A stretch of 64,000 bases of DNA from an uncultured cyanobacterium (GTDB lineage Bacteria > Cyanobacteriota > Cyanobacteriia > Pseudanabaenales > Pseudanabaenaceae), in the NCBI GenBank assembly GCA_963703315.1, contig OY969811.1, positions 2,112,001 through 2,176,000 on the forward strand, in the 5' to 3' direction. This document shows positions 62,019 through 64,000 of this stretch, one piece after another. Under the pieces are notes generated by a model that saw only the letters and a program-made list of their open reading frames with translations, ran no database searches and was not told the DNA's origin. The translations under genes were made by a program, and so were the position numbers. How positions within the stretch are numbered: position 1 is the stretch's first letter; the number at the start of each line of letters is the position of its first letter.

Positions 62019-62442
62019 CACCAATATTTTTATCACGCATAAGCGGATCAAACTTCCTGAAAGTTTCTATATGTCGGTGGTTGTACTTCAGGAATTAGTT
62101 GCTGGGGCGGATGATGATGCAACTGTAAAAAAGCTTTTGAACATCAAAAAGTTTTACGAAAAGGTTGATAGGTTGCTTGTTCCTAATGCTGAGGATTGGT
62201 GGCTTGCGGGTAAGGTGATTAATTCTTTGCAGCGTGGGCTAAAGTCTGAGAGGGGTGGGCTTGCGCCTAAAATGACTGCGGATCAAAAGCATCGAATTAG
62301 TCATGATGTTTTGATTGCTCGGACAGCAAAACGGGCTGGGGTAACTGTAATTACGGACAATATCAAGGATTTCGAGGCAATTCAGAAGTTTTGTAATGTG
62401 CGTTTGATGAGTAGTGGTGAGTATTTTGAGAATAAGTATTAG
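61999..62442 (+). CDS. PIN-domain (VapC-like) ribonuclease toxin
   Basis: FDTNIFI, S.VV.QEL..GA, D.LIA.TA, VIT.N.KDF; start taken at ATG 61999. Confidence 0.88.
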   Translation: MPKLTFDTNIFITHKRIKLPESFYMSVVVLQELVAGADDDATVKKLLNIKKFYEKVDRLLVPNAEDWWLAGKVINSLQRGLKSERGGLAPKMTADQKHRISHDVLIARTAKRAGVTVITDNIKDFEAIQKFCNVRLMSSGEYFENKY

Positions 62443-62454
62443 GGAACTTAGAAG

Positions 62455-62500
62455 GCGGTCACTACTAGGTGTTGGTAGAATATTTCTGACATTTAAAACA
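62455..62500 (-). repeat. Array repeat copy R5 (degenerate)
   Basis: gcggtcac-ta-ctaggtgttggtagaatatttctgacatttaaaaca aligns with R4. Confidence 0.65.
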
Positions 62501-62513
62501 TTTCTTAGCTAAA

Positions 62514-62852
62514 ATGATAATTAGTAAACAGCAAAATAAAAAAATGCAAAAACAAGGTTACTTATACGCTGTGATTGGTGAATCTTATATTGTTACTAAC
62601 AAACAATCTCTTAAAAAGACATGCGCGATCAAATCTGAGCATCAATATTTAATTGGACGTTATTTAGAAATAGAAGGATGTGTTGCCATTGTTTTGTCGA
62701 ATGAGTCTTTTAGCTTAGCCACTAATTTTGGTGAAGTGGCAAATATTCGTCCATCTACGGGAGATATATTTTCTGATGTGGATGGGAATACATTTACTGT
62801 GATTGGTGTTCAAGAGGATGGTATAGAGCCATTTGTAACCATCGAATATTAG
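62514..62852 (+). CDS. Hypothetical protein (AT-rich)
   Basis: 112-aa ORF; no recognised motif. Confidence 0.5.
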   Translation: MIISKQQNKKMQKQGYLYAVIGESYIVTNKQSLKKTCAIKSEHQYLIGRYLEIEGCVAIVLSNESFSLATNFGEVANIRPSTGDIFSDVDGNTFTVIGVQEDGIEPFVTIEY

Positions 62853-62887
62853 AGAATAAGAAATTTTGGCAAGCTTATAACTGAGAA

Positions 62888-64000
62888 ATGAATATGCAAG
62901 ACTTGAATCAAAATAAAATTGATAATTATTTATATGAGGCTGAAAGTTTATATAACATCGTAGGTACAGAAAGACAGGCTATAGAAATATATTCTAAAGT
63001 TCTAAAAATTGCTCCTAAAAATTTGCAAGCACTCTACTCTAGAGCAGAGCTTTATAATCTTTTAGGAGATTACGACAAAGCTCTTGCCGATTTAAACTTT
63101 GCAAATAACATTAACCCTGATGATTTTGCTGTTCTTATTCTTAGATGTAAAGTTTATCTTGCTTTGTCAGAATATGTTAAAGCTCTTGCCGACTTAGACT
63201 TAGCTAATGATAATAAGCCCAAAAGCTTTGGTGATTTTCACTTTGATCTTCCTAAGGACTTCGGCATTGCTTTCCTTAGAGCCAGATCTAATTATTATAT
63301 TGGAAACTATCAGCTTGCTGTAGATGATTCAGAATATGGCATCCGTCTTCTCGAAGAATTTCTTGAAAGAACAAAAAGCGAAATCTCGTTAGAGCAACAT
63401 TTAGATCGACAACATACCTATATCAATTCTTATATAATTAGAGGACACGCATATGTTGCAGTTGAAGAATACGATAAAGCCCTTCGTGATTATAGCTATG
63501 CCATTAATATTATTAATCGATCTATTGAACAAGAAAACTATAAACCTTCAAAAGTTGATGTGAATGACGAAGTTGAGTTTGTTCGTTTGAATCGAGGTAA
63601 ATGGCAAAACGAACGTTATCATTTATTTGCTGATAGATGTGAAGTCTATATTGAGTTAGGTAACCTAGAGAAGGCTCTTGAAGACTGTAATTTAGCAAGA
63701 CTTTTTGCTTGGAATCCTATTAGTTATAGCCAGAGTGAACTTAAAGAAACTCCTCTTGAAGAACTTCGTTGGGATTTAACTCCACATGCTTATTTTGGAC
63801 GTATTCAATTCGGTCTTGGAAATTATAAAGAAGCTATTAATGGATATAATTTCTTAGATATAATTGATCAATGCAAAGAAGCAACTAAAAAAAATAATCC
63901 GAAATCAATACATTCATCACACGAGTGGAATGATTGGGCTATTGCTCTTTCATTTGAGCAAAGGGGATTATCTTATTCTTATTTAGAAGACTTTGAACTA
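62888..64000 (+). CDS. TPR-repeat protein, 3'-truncated by the window edge
   Basis: Manual translation MNMQDLNQNKIDNYLYEAESLYNIVGTERQAIEIYSKVLKIAPKNLQALYSRAELYNLLGDYDKALADL...; TPR pattern; no stop in the part I translated and no closed ORF in the track. Confidence 0.8.
   Translation, partial: MNMQDLNQNKIDNYLYEAESLYNIVGTERQAIEIYSKVLKIAPKNLQALYSRAELYNLLGDYDKALADLNFANNINPDDFAVLILRCKVYLALSEYVKALADLDLANDNKPKSFGDFHFDLPKDFGIAFLRARSNYYIGNYQLAVDDSEYGIRLLEEFLERTKSEISLEQHLDRQHTYINSYIIRGHAYVAVEEYDKALRDYSYAINIINRSIEQENYKPSKVDVNDEVEFVRLNRGKWQNERYHLFADRCEVYIELGNLEKALEDCNLARLFAWNPISYSQSELKETPLEELRWDLTPHAYFGRIQFGLGNYKEAINGYNFLDIIDQCKEATKKNNPKSIHSSHEWNDWAIALSFEQRGLSYSYLEDFEL

Noticed and set aside
59335..62500. 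CRISPR array interpretation of the five repeats
   Set aside because: Spacers are 0.4-1.2 kb and contain whole genes; the repeats are too long and divergent; no cas genes in the window.
59335..62500. Classical integron attC sites
   Set aside because: No RYYYAAC...GTTRRRY arrangement on either strand, only weak self-complementarity, and no IntI in the window.

Overview
A 64-kb chromosomal segment from a cyanobacterium. HIP1 octamers (GCGATCGC) are dense throughout; a filamentous, Pseudanabaena-like origin is a tentative inference. Positions 1-45.5 kb are mostly housekeeping genes (deoC, tRNA-Arg(UCU), aroC, clpB, pgm, ftsH, rpe, PiT transporter, mreBCD, fur, rlmI-like, cimA, tatC, GH57, mscL, uvrC), plus two CHAT proteases, a hybrid histidine kinase and an RCK-type K+ channel. 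Their intergenic regions are packed with palindromes and several small MITE-like families. Positions 45.7-56.7 kb hold a partial contractile injection system (CIS) operon: an unlisted 58-aa ORF, a tube-like gene, a 2271-aa repeat protein, a tube initiator, VgrG, DUF4280 and gp25. No sheath or baseplate-J gene is present, and MITEs flank both ends. A pseudokinase-TM-PstS fusion follows. Positions 59.3-62.5 kb are an array of toxin-antitoxin/nuclease cassettes separated by five direct copies of a ~60-90 bp unit. This unit encodes the first ~17 codons of an RHH-like gene and ends at HIP1-like sites; it is the best candidate for an undescribed cassette-capture system. Other oddities are a tRNA with an apparent U19:A56 swap of the near-invariant G19:C56 pair, and a duplicated mreD 3' end that supplies the RBS of the next gene. 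All product calls come from motif recognition by eye; no searches were run.
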